DNA from: an archaeon
GTDB taxonomy: Archaea > SpSt-1190 > DYHY01
Direction of reading: 5' to 3'
DNA: 10,114 bases
NCBI GenBank assembly: GCA_043803745.1
Contig: JAZDJS010000032.1
Location: 1-10,114, forward strand
A model generated the notes under the pieces. It was given only the letters and a program-made list of their open reading frames with translations, did no database searches and was not told the origin of the DNA. The translations under genes and the position numbers were made by a program. How positions within the stretch are numbered: position 1 is the stretch's first letter; every line of letters starts with the position of its first letter. This document shows positions 1 to 7,410 of this stretch, one piece after another.

Positions 1-28
1 AGCTGACTGCCGGCTGGATAGCCTCGAA

Positions 29-538
29 CTAGATTTTCTTGCCGCGTTTTATCCCTTCGAGCGCTTCCTTCGCCTTCTTCTCCTGATAATACTGGCTTAT
101 CTGGTCCGAGCCGGATTCCTTCGCGGTAAGGAGCCTTTTGAAGAGGCTTATCAGCTCGGGACCGACGTCAGCGACATCCGTCTGGGTTATTATTCCTACA
201 AGCGTGCCCCTGTCATCGACAACCGGAAGCCTCCTGAACTTGTGCCTGCGCATTAGCTCCGCGGCTCCGACAAGGTCGGTTTCGGCCGAGATTGTTATTA
301 CGGGAGAAGTCATTATCTCGCGCACGCTAACCTGCGCAGGGTCCCGCCTTTCCGGAAGCATCTTGAACGCAAGGTCGCGCTCGGTAACCATCCCGGTGAC
401 CTTTCCGCCAGAAACAACAATTGCGGAGCCAATGTTCTTCTCCCGCATCTTGAGGACGACGTCGATTACCTTGTCCTCCGGAAGGGCCTTGAGGACGTTC
501 GTGCTCATAACGTCGCGGACGGAAACATCGACCTTCAT
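29..538 (-). CDS. CBS-domain pair (Bateman module) protein, 169 aa
   Basis: Two CBS repeats: VRDVMSTNV...VTGMVTERDL and VREIMTSPVITI...RRLPVVD..LVGIITQTDV. ATG at 538 with a TATA-like element about 25 nt upstream. Confidence 0.93.
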   Translation of the reverse strand: MKVDVSVRDVMSTNVLKALPEDKVIDVVLKMREKNIGSAIVVSGGKVTGMVTERDLAFKMLPERRDPAQVSVREIMTSPVITISAETDLVGAAELMRRHKFRRLPVVDDRGTLVGIITQTDVADVGPELISLFKRLLTAKESGSDQISQYYQEKKAKEALEGIKRGKKI

Positions 539-539
539 G

Positions 540-554
540 CCAGCCCAGCCCAGC
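540..554. repeat. (CCAGC)x3 short tandem repeat between the TATA box and the CBS gene start
   Basis: Direct reading: ccagc ccagc ccagc at 540-554. Confidence 0.8.
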
Positions 555-559
555 CGGAA

Positions 560-574
560 TTATTAAGCTTTTTT
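560..574 (-). promoter_or_regulatory. Putative archaeal BRE/TATA promoter of the CBS gene (leaderless or near-leaderless)
   Basis: Minus strand reads AAAAAAG-CTTAATAA. TATA centre is about 25.5 nt upstream of the ATG at 538. It is the only AT-rich patch in this intergenic gap. Confidence 0.65.
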
Positions 575-578
575 GAGT

Positions 579-959
579 CTAGGCAGCATCCTGGATGTAT
601 TTGAGCTTCCTGTTTTTTGGCTGCCTCATCGCAACCTCCGCCCTGGCAAGCTCCCTCCCGAGATATGCGGCATGATCCATCCGCGTCAGGAGGCCCGATG
701 CAATGACCGCCTTGGAAAGCTGTTTCGCCGTTTTCCCGCGGAACTCGTGAGTGAGAAGATGATTGGTGGCGCAGCGCCCGACGGCAAGCTCCATTTTCCC
801 GAAGTCTATCTTTATCAGAAGGTAGCTTTTCTTGTCAAGTATCAGCGGGAACTTGCGCGCCTCCGCAACCACAAGTTCGACCTTCTTGGCGCGCTTGATT
901 GGGTGGAGGCGCAAACCCCTTGGACGACGCTTATTCTTCGGATTTCCTGACCCGGCCAT
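579..959 (-). CDS. DUF4346-domain protein, stand-alone, 126 aa
   Basis: Motifs LDKKSYLLIKID, FRGKTAKQL, DHAAYLGRELARAEVAM and terminal YIQD match the DUF4346 family, also found as the C-terminal domain of archaeal dihydropteroate-synthase-like proteins. Confidence 0.85.
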   Translation of the reverse strand: MAGSGNPKNKRRPRGLRLHPIKRAKKVELVVAEARKFPLILDKKSYLLIKIDFGKMELAVGRCATNHLLTHEFRGKTAKQLSKAVIASGLLTRMDHAAYLGRELARAEVAMRQPKNRKLKYIQDAA

Positions 960-984
960 TTTCGGATGACTGCTCTTGCCCGGA

Positions 985-1000
985 AATATAAGTTTTTCCC
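985..1000 (-). promoter_or_regulatory. Putative BRE/TATA promoter of the DUF4346 gene
   Basis: Minus strand reads GGGAAAAA-CTTATATT. TATA centre is about 29.5 nt upstream of the ATG at 959. Confidence 0.65.
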
Positions 1001-1010
1001 GGAATGCTTG

Positions 1011-2210
1011 CTAGACCCATTTCCCCCTTCCGGCAAGGGGTTCCCAGCAATAGCCCTTCCTTATTCCGAGGCATTTCTTGAAAAGAAGGACCCAGAACGG
1101 GCTCAGCAGGAGCGTTATCGCAGTTACCGCGACAATCAACCCGTACATTCCCTCGGAAAGTATTCCCCGGGAAAATCCGACAGCGCCCAGTATGAAGCTG
1201 AACTCGCCTATCTGCGCAAGGAGGGCTCCGGCATAAAGGCTCTCCCGCAGGTTGTCCCCGAGATAGAGGAGAATCGCCGCGTTTATCGCCGTGTTGGCAA
1301 GGAAGACCGCCGCGACCAGGAGGAACACCTGCCAAAAGTTCCTTGCAACAAGGCCGAAATCGAGCAGGAATCCGACTGAAACGAAAAAGAGGGCAACGAA
1401 GACAATCCTGAACGACTTGAGGGTTGCCTGGGCAAGGGAACTCTCCCTCATTGACGAAACGAAGAGCCCCGCGACAAAGGCCCCGAGCGCCGGGGAAATG
1501 CCGAAAAAGCTCGTTGCGGTTGCGAATCCGAGGCAGAGGAGCATTGCGACGAAGACCTGGAGCTCGGAATCCTTCCTCAAAAAGCTGTGGAAGGGGAGCT
1601 GTATCGGCGCCTTCCGTTTCAGAAGCCAGCATACGAACCCGGCGATCAGCGCGCCCCCGGCAAACTGGAGCGCAACCGTCCCGAGAGCTGGCTTGGGTTC
1701 CCCGAAAAATCCCAGGACAATGAGCATGAAAACCACCCCGACGTCCTGAATCAGGAGAATCCCGACAACGTTCTGGCCGACCCTCGTGTCCATCTCCTTC
1801 CAGTCGTCGAGAATCCGGAGGACAACCGCCGTGCTGCTGAGGCTTATTATGAAGCCGAAGAGTATTATCGCAGGGAGGGAAAGCTTCAGGTATATCCCGA
1901 GGAAAGCCATGACAATTATGCTGAACAAGACCTGAAGGCCCGTCCCGAATATCGCGACCCTCCAGTTCGACATGAGCTTCGGGAGGGATACTTCCGTGCC
2001 GGCGAAGAAAAGAAGGAGTATCACGCCAACCTCGCCGAGCTGCTGAAAGGTCTGGGTTTCCCTGACAAGCCCCAACCCGAAGGGGCCCATAAGAGCCCCG
2101 GCAAGGATGTATGCAACCACGTGCGGCTGATTCAGGAGCCGGAGAAGCGTCCCGATAACAACTATCCCGAACGAGGCAATCACGACAGACTGCATTACTG
2201 CGGTTTCCAT
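1011..2210 (-). CDS. Cation:proton antiporter, CPA2 family (KefB/KefC-like membrane domain only), 399 aa
   Basis: About 12-13 hydrophobic segments with CPA2 motifs GVILLLFFAGTE, SLSSTAVV, GILLIQD, SPALGAFVAG, LFFVSVG and LAQIGEFSFIL. ATG lies 3 nt after the aspS stop. Confidence 0.93.
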   Translation of the reverse strand: METAVMQSVVIASFGIVVIGTLLRLLNQPHVVAYILAGALMGPFGLGLVRETQTFQQLGEVGVILLLFFAGTEVSLPKLMSNWRVAIFGTGLQVLFSIIVMAFLGIYLKLSLPAIILFGFIISLSSTAVVLRILDDWKEMDTRVGQNVVGILLIQDVGVVFMLIVLGFFGEPKPALGTVALQFAGGALIAGFVCWLLKRKAPIQLPFHSFLRKDSELQVFVAMLLCLGFATATSFFGISPALGAFVAGLFVSSMRESSLAQATLKSFRIVFVALFFVSVGFLLDFGLVARNFWQVFLLVAAVFLANTAINAAILLYLGDNLRESLYAGALLAQIGEFSFILGAVGFSRGILSEGMYGLIVAVTAITLLLSPFWVLLFKKCLGIRKGYCWEPLAGRGKWV

Positions 2211-2213
2211 TTC

Positions 2214-3509
2214 TTAGGGAACTAACCTGCTCATGTCCCGCGGGAAAAGCACTGCCTCGCGTATGCTGTCGAGTCCGAGGAGCATCTGGACGAAACGGGC
2301 AATGCCGAAGCCGAATCCCCCGTGGGGGGGCATCCCATACCGGAAGTTGCCAGTGTAGAACTCGAAATCCTTCGGCTCAAGCCCGAGCGTTTTCATCCGC
2401 CGCTCAAGCTCCTCGGGCCTGTGCTCCCTCTGGCCGCCGCTGGTGACCTCCATTCCCCTGAACTCAAGGTCGAACGACCTGCAGACCCGGGGGTCTGCGG
2501 AATCCTCCATTATGTAGAAGGGCTTTATTTCCGAAGCGTATTTCGTCAGGAAGAAGAACTCATTCCCCTTCCCGGACATTATCCTCCCTAGTTCCTTCTC
2601 CTCCTCGCTTGAAAAGTCCCCGCCCGGGGGACGATTGAGAAGCTTCGCCCCTTCCTCGCAGGTTATCCTCGGGAAGGGATAGTCGACCTTCAGAAGCCCC
2701 TCCCTGCCCGGGAAGAATTCCCCGGTCGTCCTCACAAGAGCCTTGACAAGGTCCTCCATGACGTCCATTACGTCGTTCTCATCATGTATGAATGCGAGCT
2801 CGCAGTCGATTGAAATGAATTCGGCAAGGTGGCGGATTGTGTTGCTTTTCTCGGCGCGGTATGCTGGGGCGATTTCGAAAACCCTGTCAAGGCCCGATGC
2901 CATCATCATCTGTTTGTAAAGCTGGGGCGATTGCGCAAGATATGCCTGCTTGTCGTAGTATTTCACCGGGAAAAGGGTAGCGCCCCCCTCGGCTCCGGCA
3001 GCGACAATCTTCGGGGTGTTTATCTCGACAAAGCCGGAGCTCCTGAAGAACTTCCGGGTCTCGGCAAGGAGCTCGGACTCGAGCATGAATATTTCCGCAA
3101 CCTTCCTTTTCCGGACGTCAAGGAACCTGTTGTCGAGGCGCGTATCAATCAATGCGGGCGTCTTTTCAGCCGGGTCGAGGGGCAGGGGCTGCTTTGATTT
3201 GGCCAGTATCTCGAGCTTCTCGGGGGCTATTTCGAATCCGGCCCTCGCTTTTTCGCTGCGAAGAACCCGGCCCCTTACCGACACGACATCTTCCTGGGAA
3301 AGCCCGGAAATTCCGCTGAATGTCTCCGGATCCGTTCCTGCGTTCGCGACGACCTGGACCGTTCCGGTCCTGTCCCGGATAACGAGGAATTTCACGGCCT
3401 TCAGGTCGCGGATGCTGTGGACCCACCCGGCAACCGAAACTTCCCTGCCGTCAAGCTCCCCTGAAAGTTCCGCGGAATAGTGGGTCCGGTATTTCGGAGC
3501 GGTAGGCAT
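2214..3509 (-). CDS. aspS: Aspartate--tRNA ligase, archaeal type, 431 aa
   Basis: YRTHYS start, OB-fold AGWVH..RD, TRLDNRFLD, EGGATLF, LAQSPQLYKQ, motif 2 YRAEKSNTIRH, SGGQREH, YGMPPHGG and FPRD..RLVP. Start reassigned to ATG 3509 because the longer ORF-track start overlaps the upstream membrane gene and homology begins at YRTHY. Confidence 0.97.
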   Translation of the reverse strand: MPTAPKYRTHYSAELSGELDGREVSVAGWVHSIRDLKAVKFLVIRDRTGTVQVVANAGTDPETFSGISGLSQEDVVSVRGRVLRSEKARAGFEIAPEKLEILAKSKQPLPLDPAEKTPALIDTRLDNRFLDVRKRKVAEIFMLESELLAETRKFFRSSGFVEINTPKIVAAGAEGGATLFPVKYYDKQAYLAQSPQLYKQMMMASGLDRVFEIAPAYRAEKSNTIRHLAEFISIDCELAFIHDENDVMDVMEDLVKALVRTTGEFFPGREGLLKVDYPFPRITCEEGAKLLNRPPGGDFSSEEEKELGRIMSGKGNEFFFLTKYASEIKPFYIMEDSADPRVCRSFDLEFRGMEVTSGGQREHRPEELERRMKTLGLEPKDFEFYTGNFRYGMPPHGGFGFGIARFVQMLLGLDSIREAVLFPRDMSRLVP

Positions 3510-3514
3510 TCTTG

Positions 3515-3742
3515 TCAGGCCCCTGCCCGGAAAATCGAATAGAAGAGCGTGAAGGAAATCGCCCAGATTAGGAGGAAAAGCAATATGTGCCATTTCGTCT
3601 TCGCGGGGATCAGGAGCGCGCCCGCAGCGGCAAGCCCAAGCGCAAGGAAGGGCTGCCCCCCGAACCTCGGCAGGAAAGGCGATATAACCCCTATTCCGAA
3701 AGCCGCTGCCGGATAGAGAATTTTGTTTCGGTCATTGACCAT
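3515..3742 (-). CDS. Small three-TM membrane protein, possibly archaeal EMC6-like (DUF5379-like), 75 aa
   Basis: Three hydrophobic stretches (ILYPAAAFGIGVISPFL, FLALGLAAAGALLIP, HILLFLLIWAISFTLFYSIF). Stop lies 5 nt before the aspS ATG, and ATG 3742 is at canonical distance from the TATA at 3765-3772. The family call is inferred from size and the C-terminal aromatic pattern. Confidence 0.7.
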   Translation of the reverse strand: MVNDRNKILYPAAAFGIGVISPFLPRFGGQPFLALGLAAAGALLIPAKTKWHILLFLLIWAISFTLFYSIFRAGA

Positions 3743-3764
3743 TCTGCCGTTTCCCAAGCCCACC

Positions 3765-3772
3765 TTTTAAAA
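3765..3772. promoter_or_regulatory. Palindromic TATA box TTTTAAAA, putative bidirectional promoter for the membrane protein-aspS operon and rfcS
   Basis: Exactly 22 nt separate it from the minus-strand ATG (3742) and 22 nt from the plus-strand GTG (3795). Its centre is 26.5 nt from each start. Confidence 0.72.
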
Positions 3773-3794
3773 ACTTGGATTGCCCGGGCGAATT

Positions 3795-4790
3795 GTGGAT
3801 GCCAGATTACGCGATAACATTTGGACTGAGAAATACAGGCCGAACCGCCTGAAGGAGCTTGTCGGCCAAAAGAACGTCATTGAACGGCTTGAGGCCCTTG
3901 TCAAGTCGGGAAGCATACCCCATATGCTTTTCGCGGGGCCGCCCGGAGTCGGAAAGACGACGGCAGCCGTCGCCCTCGCGCGGGAGCTTTTCGGGGACTC
4001 CTGGAGGGAGAACTTCCTTGAGACGAACGCTTCCGATGAGCGGGGAATCGATGTCGTGAGGGTCAAGATAAAGAATTTCGCAAGAACGCTTCCGGTCGGG
4101 GGGGGCAGGTTCAGGATAATTTTCCTTGACGAGTGCGACGCCCTCACGAGGGATGCGCAGAATGCCCTGAGGCGGACAATGGAAAAATATTCGGGGACCT
4201 GCAGGTTCGTCCTCTCCTGCAACTACATAAACAAGATAATAGACCCGATACAATCGAGGTGCGCAACGTTCCGCTTCCTCGCGCTCAAGGAAGGGGATGT
4301 CCGGAAATACGTCGAGAACCTCTCCAAGGGAGAGGGAATCAAGCTTGATGAAAAGGCCCTGTTTGCCCTCGTTTCAATTTCCGAAGGGGACCTCCGCACT
4401 GCGACGAACATACTCCAGGCTGCGACCGTCGGGGAGAAGAAAATAACCGAGAAGGAAATCTATTCCGTCGCGAGGGCGCTTGCCCCTGAGAAGGTTTCCG
4501 AGGTGCTGCGCCTTGCGGCAGTTGACGGGAATTTCGGCAAGGCGAGGGACCTGCTTTTCGAAACAATGGCGCAGGAGGGGCTTTCCGGGGAGGAGGTTCT
4601 CAAGGCCTTCCACAGGGAGGTTTTCTCCATCCAGTCAATCGGCGCCGCGGAGAAGATGAAGCTTGTCGCGCTCCTTTCCGAATATTCGTTCAGGATCCTC
4701 GAGGGCGCCAACGAGAGGATACAGCTAGACGGCTTCCTTGCGCAGGCGAGCCTTCTCGCCGCTTCATCTCCGAAGGGAAATGGAGACTGA
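3795..4790 (+). CDS. rfcS: Replication factor C small subunit, about 331 aa, intein-free
   Basis: WTEKYRP, Walker A GPPGVGKT, ETNASDERGIDVVR, Walker B LDECD, AQNALRRTMEKY, SCNY, arginine finger PIQSRC and GDLR. No ATG precedes the first motif. GTG 3795 is preferred over TTG 3780 on TATA spacing. Confidence 0.97.
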   Translation: MDARLRDNIWTEKYRPNRLKELVGQKNVIERLEALVKSGSIPHMLFAGPPGVGKTTAAVALARELFGDSWRENFLETNASDERGIDVVRVKIKNFARTLPVGGGRFRIIFLDECDALTRDAQNALRRTMEKYSGTCRFVLSCNYINKIIDPIQSRCATFRFLALKEGDVRKYVENLSKGEGIKLDEKALFALVSISEGDLRTATNILQAATVGEKKITEKEIYSVARALAPEKVSEVLRLAAVDGNFGKARDLLFETMAQEGLSGEEVLKAFHREVFSIQSIGAAEKMKLVALLSEYSFRILEGANERIQLDGFLAQASLLAASSPKGNGD

Positions 4791-7410
4791 CTTCATCATG
4801 GGCTCCGGAAAACCCAGAGGATGGTGGGTTGTTGCCTGCGCGGGGATGCTCCTGCTCGTTTTCCTCCTCGGGATTGAGCCGGCATTTTCAGCGGTCCAGT
4901 GCAGCATCGGGGAAACCCTCATCGCATGCCCTTTCGATTTCTCGTCCAGGTTAAACGCGGCATGCTCCCCCCCAAGCATAAACAATTCGGTGAAGGTCGA
5001 GGTCAATTATCCGGGGAATTTCACCCCGGACCAATCGAACACATATCTTTCCAGCGGAGGGACCGCTTACAGGACTTTCTACCGCGAGGGAAGCAACCTC
5101 TATTTCCCGGCTGCCAAAATTTCCGCCGGGACTTTCTTGACCTTCGTGACCGCCAGCGGGATAACCGCGAAAACCAACGACTCGACAACCGTTTCGACAT
5201 GCCCCTGCAGCCTCGACAGCAAGGGATTTTCGGTGAAATATGACGAGGCAACCGGGAGGCAGACGCTCCGGGGGGTTGTCTCGGGGTGCCCTGCTAACGG
5301 AACGGTCTTCTACAGGGTAATATTCTTCATTTCGAAGGGGGGTGCTCAGGTCGAGGCGGCAAGCGTGACCTCGACGGGGGAATATTTGGAGGTAACCTCC
5401 GCAAATAACTACTCCTCCGACGAGCTTCTGTCGTTCCAGGTTGCAGTAACTGATGCGACAACCGGCGCGGTCTACGGGCTTTTCCCTCCCGAAGTTTTCA
5501 AAGCGAATGATTTCTCCGCAAATATCGAGAGCGCTCAGCCGGTGCAGCTGACCGCAGGCGCCAGGACGGACCTCAGGGTGAACCTGACCAACAGGGGAGG
5601 CGTTGCCGAGTATTATGAAACTGAATTCATACAGCTCCCCGCGGGATGGCAGAGCGCATCGACAACGACAAGGGCGCTCGCCCCGGGGGAAAGCGGAACC
5701 GTCCTGCTGAGCGTTTCTGCAACGGACACTCCAAGCGCTGCCAATGCAACCATGCAAACCAGGTCCTCGATCACGGGACGGGTGAAGACCCAGACCGTTT
5801 CCTTCCGGGTTGTGAAAACCGTTTCTGTTTCCTCGGAAATCTACACGGCCCTTCCCGCGGTCCTGGCGGGGGAGGAGTTCGACGTCACAACACTCATAAG
5901 GGTCCTGGGCTCTCTCCCGGAGGAGAAGGTCTACTGGACAATTGTCTCCGACCCTGTTGCTAAAATGGGGACGCAACCCTACGGGAAGCTCTCGGCATAC
6001 GGAACCCAGACGTTCTCCAACAGGACGCATTTCCAGAAGCTCCTCTGCGCGAAAGGGACCCCCAACTACAGGAAGCTCTGGCTCATCCTCAAGGCGGTTC
6101 TTGAGAACCCCGGCAGGGCCGAGGAAATTTCAGCTCAGGTCGGCAGATATGGCAACGGAACCGGCCTCGAATCGGACGTAAGCAATTTCGCAGCCTCGAA
6201 GAACAAGACTTTCGCGGCGGCGTCCCTGATCTCGAAGCTTGAGGCCGCTGAGCAGAAGATGCTTTCAAACTGCACCGCGAACGAGGGAACCGTCTACCTT
6301 TCAGTTTTCTCGCTGAACACGTTCAACGGAGCGACGTTCGAGTCGAGCAGGACCCCTATCGAGGTTTCGGGAAAAAGCGGATCTTTCAGCCTCGAGGCGA
6401 TTTCGGAGAATGTTTCCATTCCAAAGGCGGGGTCGGGCAACGCAACTTTCCGGCTGACAAGCAAATTCTCCTCCGACAAGCAGGTTTCCCTGAGAATTGG
6501 CGGAGCGACATCGTTCCGAGTCGAATTCCTCGGCGGCCCATCGGCAAAGGTTCCGGTGAAGGGGGCTGTCGAGTTCAACGTTTCGATTTCAGACAAGGGG
6601 ACCATTGTGAAAACCTCCGCAGAGCCCCTGCGGATCGAGGCGACCACGACCGATGTCGGAGGGGAGCCCGTGACCGCGTCTGCGCAGGTTCTTGTGAGCG
6701 TCAGGTCGGCTCTTCTTGAGCTCGCCATCCCCATCCCCGCCCAGACGAAAATAGAGCAGGGGGCAAACAAAACAATTGAATTCAGTTTCAAGAACACCGG
6801 GGCTGGCGCTGAGACGTTCTCTTTCTCCCCGTTCGGTCCGGCGGTTGCAAAGCCGGCAACCCTTGAGATACAGCCGGGAAAAACCGAAAAAGTCAGCCTG
6901 ACAATCTCGCTTGACAAAGAGGTTGTCGAGGGCTCGAAAATTCCCGCGGGAATAACCGGGAAATCCGCATCAACCGGCGAGGAAACCCTTTTCAAAACGG
7001 ATGTTGTGGTAATATCCTCCGAAAGGACGCGCCTGCGGAAGAACATAGACGGCCTCATCGATGAAATAGGGAAAATCTCGGTATCCTGCAGGTATTACAG
7101 CCTTTCCAAGCTCAGGGCGCTTTCAAACTCCGCGAATACGCGGCTTGAGAACGGGGAGCTGACGACCGCGAAGAACTATTACGACAACGCGCTGAAGGAG
7201 TTCGAAGTTGCGGAGGAAAGATGCCAAAAGCCGGATACGGCCGCAACGCTAATTGTCTTTGCCGGGATTGTCGCCGTGGGGGGCGCGATTTACTATTTCG
7301 CAATCTACCGGAGGAAGGGGAAACCGCCGCAAACCGGTAGTAGGAGCCAGTATCCCGGATATTACCAACCGCAACAGTATCCCGGCTATCCCCAGTCGTT
7401 CAATAGGTAG
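4780..7410 (+). CDS. Large secreted, C-terminally membrane-anchored cell-surface protein with several Ig-like (NEW3/CARDB/COG1470-like) domains, about 876 aa
   Basis: Signal peptide (KPRGWWVVACAGMLLLVFLLGIEPAFSA), repeats of the type VNLTNRGG...LPAGW...LAPGESGTV and FKNTGAGAETF...IQPGKTEKV, about 15 N-x-S/T sequons, a helical stalk, and TM helix LIVFAGIVAVGGAIYYFAIY followed by RRKGK. Start is ATG 4780 (11-nt overlap with rfcS) or ATG 4798. Confidence 0.85.
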   Translation: METDFIMGSGKPRGWWVVACAGMLLLVFLLGIEPAFSAVQCSIGETLIACPFDFSSRLNAACSPPSINNSVKVEVNYPGNFTPDQSNTYLSSGGTAYRTFYREGSNLYFPAAKISAGTFLTFVTASGITAKTNDSTTVSTCPCSLDSKGFSVKYDEATGRQTLRGVVSGCPANGTVFYRVIFFISKGGAQVEAASVTSTGEYLEVTSANNYSSDELLSFQVAVTDATTGAVYGLFPPEVFKANDFSANIESAQPVQLTAGARTDLRVNLTNRGGVAEYYETEFIQLPAGWQSASTTTRALAPGESGTVLLSVSATDTPSAANATMQTRSSITGRVKTQTVSFRVVKTVSVSSEIYTALPAVLAGEEFDVTTLIRVLGSLPEEKVYWTIVSDPVAKMGTQPYGKLSAYGTQTFSNRTHFQKLLCAKGTPNYRKLWLILKAVLENPGRAEEISAQVGRYGNGTGLESDVSNFAASKNKTFAAASLISKLEAAEQKMLSNCTANEGTVYLSVFSLNTFNGATFESSRTPIEVSGKSGSFSLEAISENVSIPKAGSGNATFRLTSKFSSDKQVSLRIGGATSFRVEFLGGPSAKVPVKGAVEFNVSISDKGTIVKTSAEPLRIEATTTDVGGEPVTASAQVLVSVRSALLELAIPIPAQTKIEQGANKTIEFSFKNTGAGAETFSFSPFGPAVAKPATLEIQPGKTEKVSLTISLDKEVVEGSKIPAGITGKSASTGEETLFKTDVVVISSERTRLRKNIDGLIDEIGKISVSCRYYSLSKLRALSNSANTRLENGELTTAKNYYDNALKEFEVAEERCQKPDTAATLIVFAGIVAVGGAIYYFAIYRRKGKPPQTGSRSQYPGYYQPQQYPGYPQSFNR
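7348..7389 (+). repeat. 15-bp direct repeat encoding QYPGY twice in the cytoplasmic tail
   Basis: cagtatcccggatat (7348-7362) and cagtatcccggctat (7375-7389), 14 of 15 positions identical. Confidence 0.85.

Noticed and set aside
976-1004. CCCGGAA direct repeat around the DUF4346 promoter and TTGCCCGG shared with the rfcS upstream region, as a regulator site
   Set aside because: CCGG/CCGGAA words are very frequent throughout the window and positions relative to the TATA boxes are inconsistent.
931-2225. Alternative-frame and antisense ORFs over the antiporter (931-1632, 966-1379, 1291-1749, 1587-2225)
   Set aside because: They overlap a well-supported CPA2 gene. The charged antisense translations are the expected mirror of hydrophobic codons.
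3510-3593. N-terminal extension of AspRS given in the ORF track (459 aa)
   Set aside because: It overlaps the upstream membrane-protein gene, and homology starts at YRTHY just after ATG 3509.
4951-7058. Long antisense ORFs 4951-6030 (359 aa) and 6294-7058 (254 aa)
   Set aside because: Shadow frames of the GC-rich surface-protein gene, with no recognisable motifs and atypical composition.
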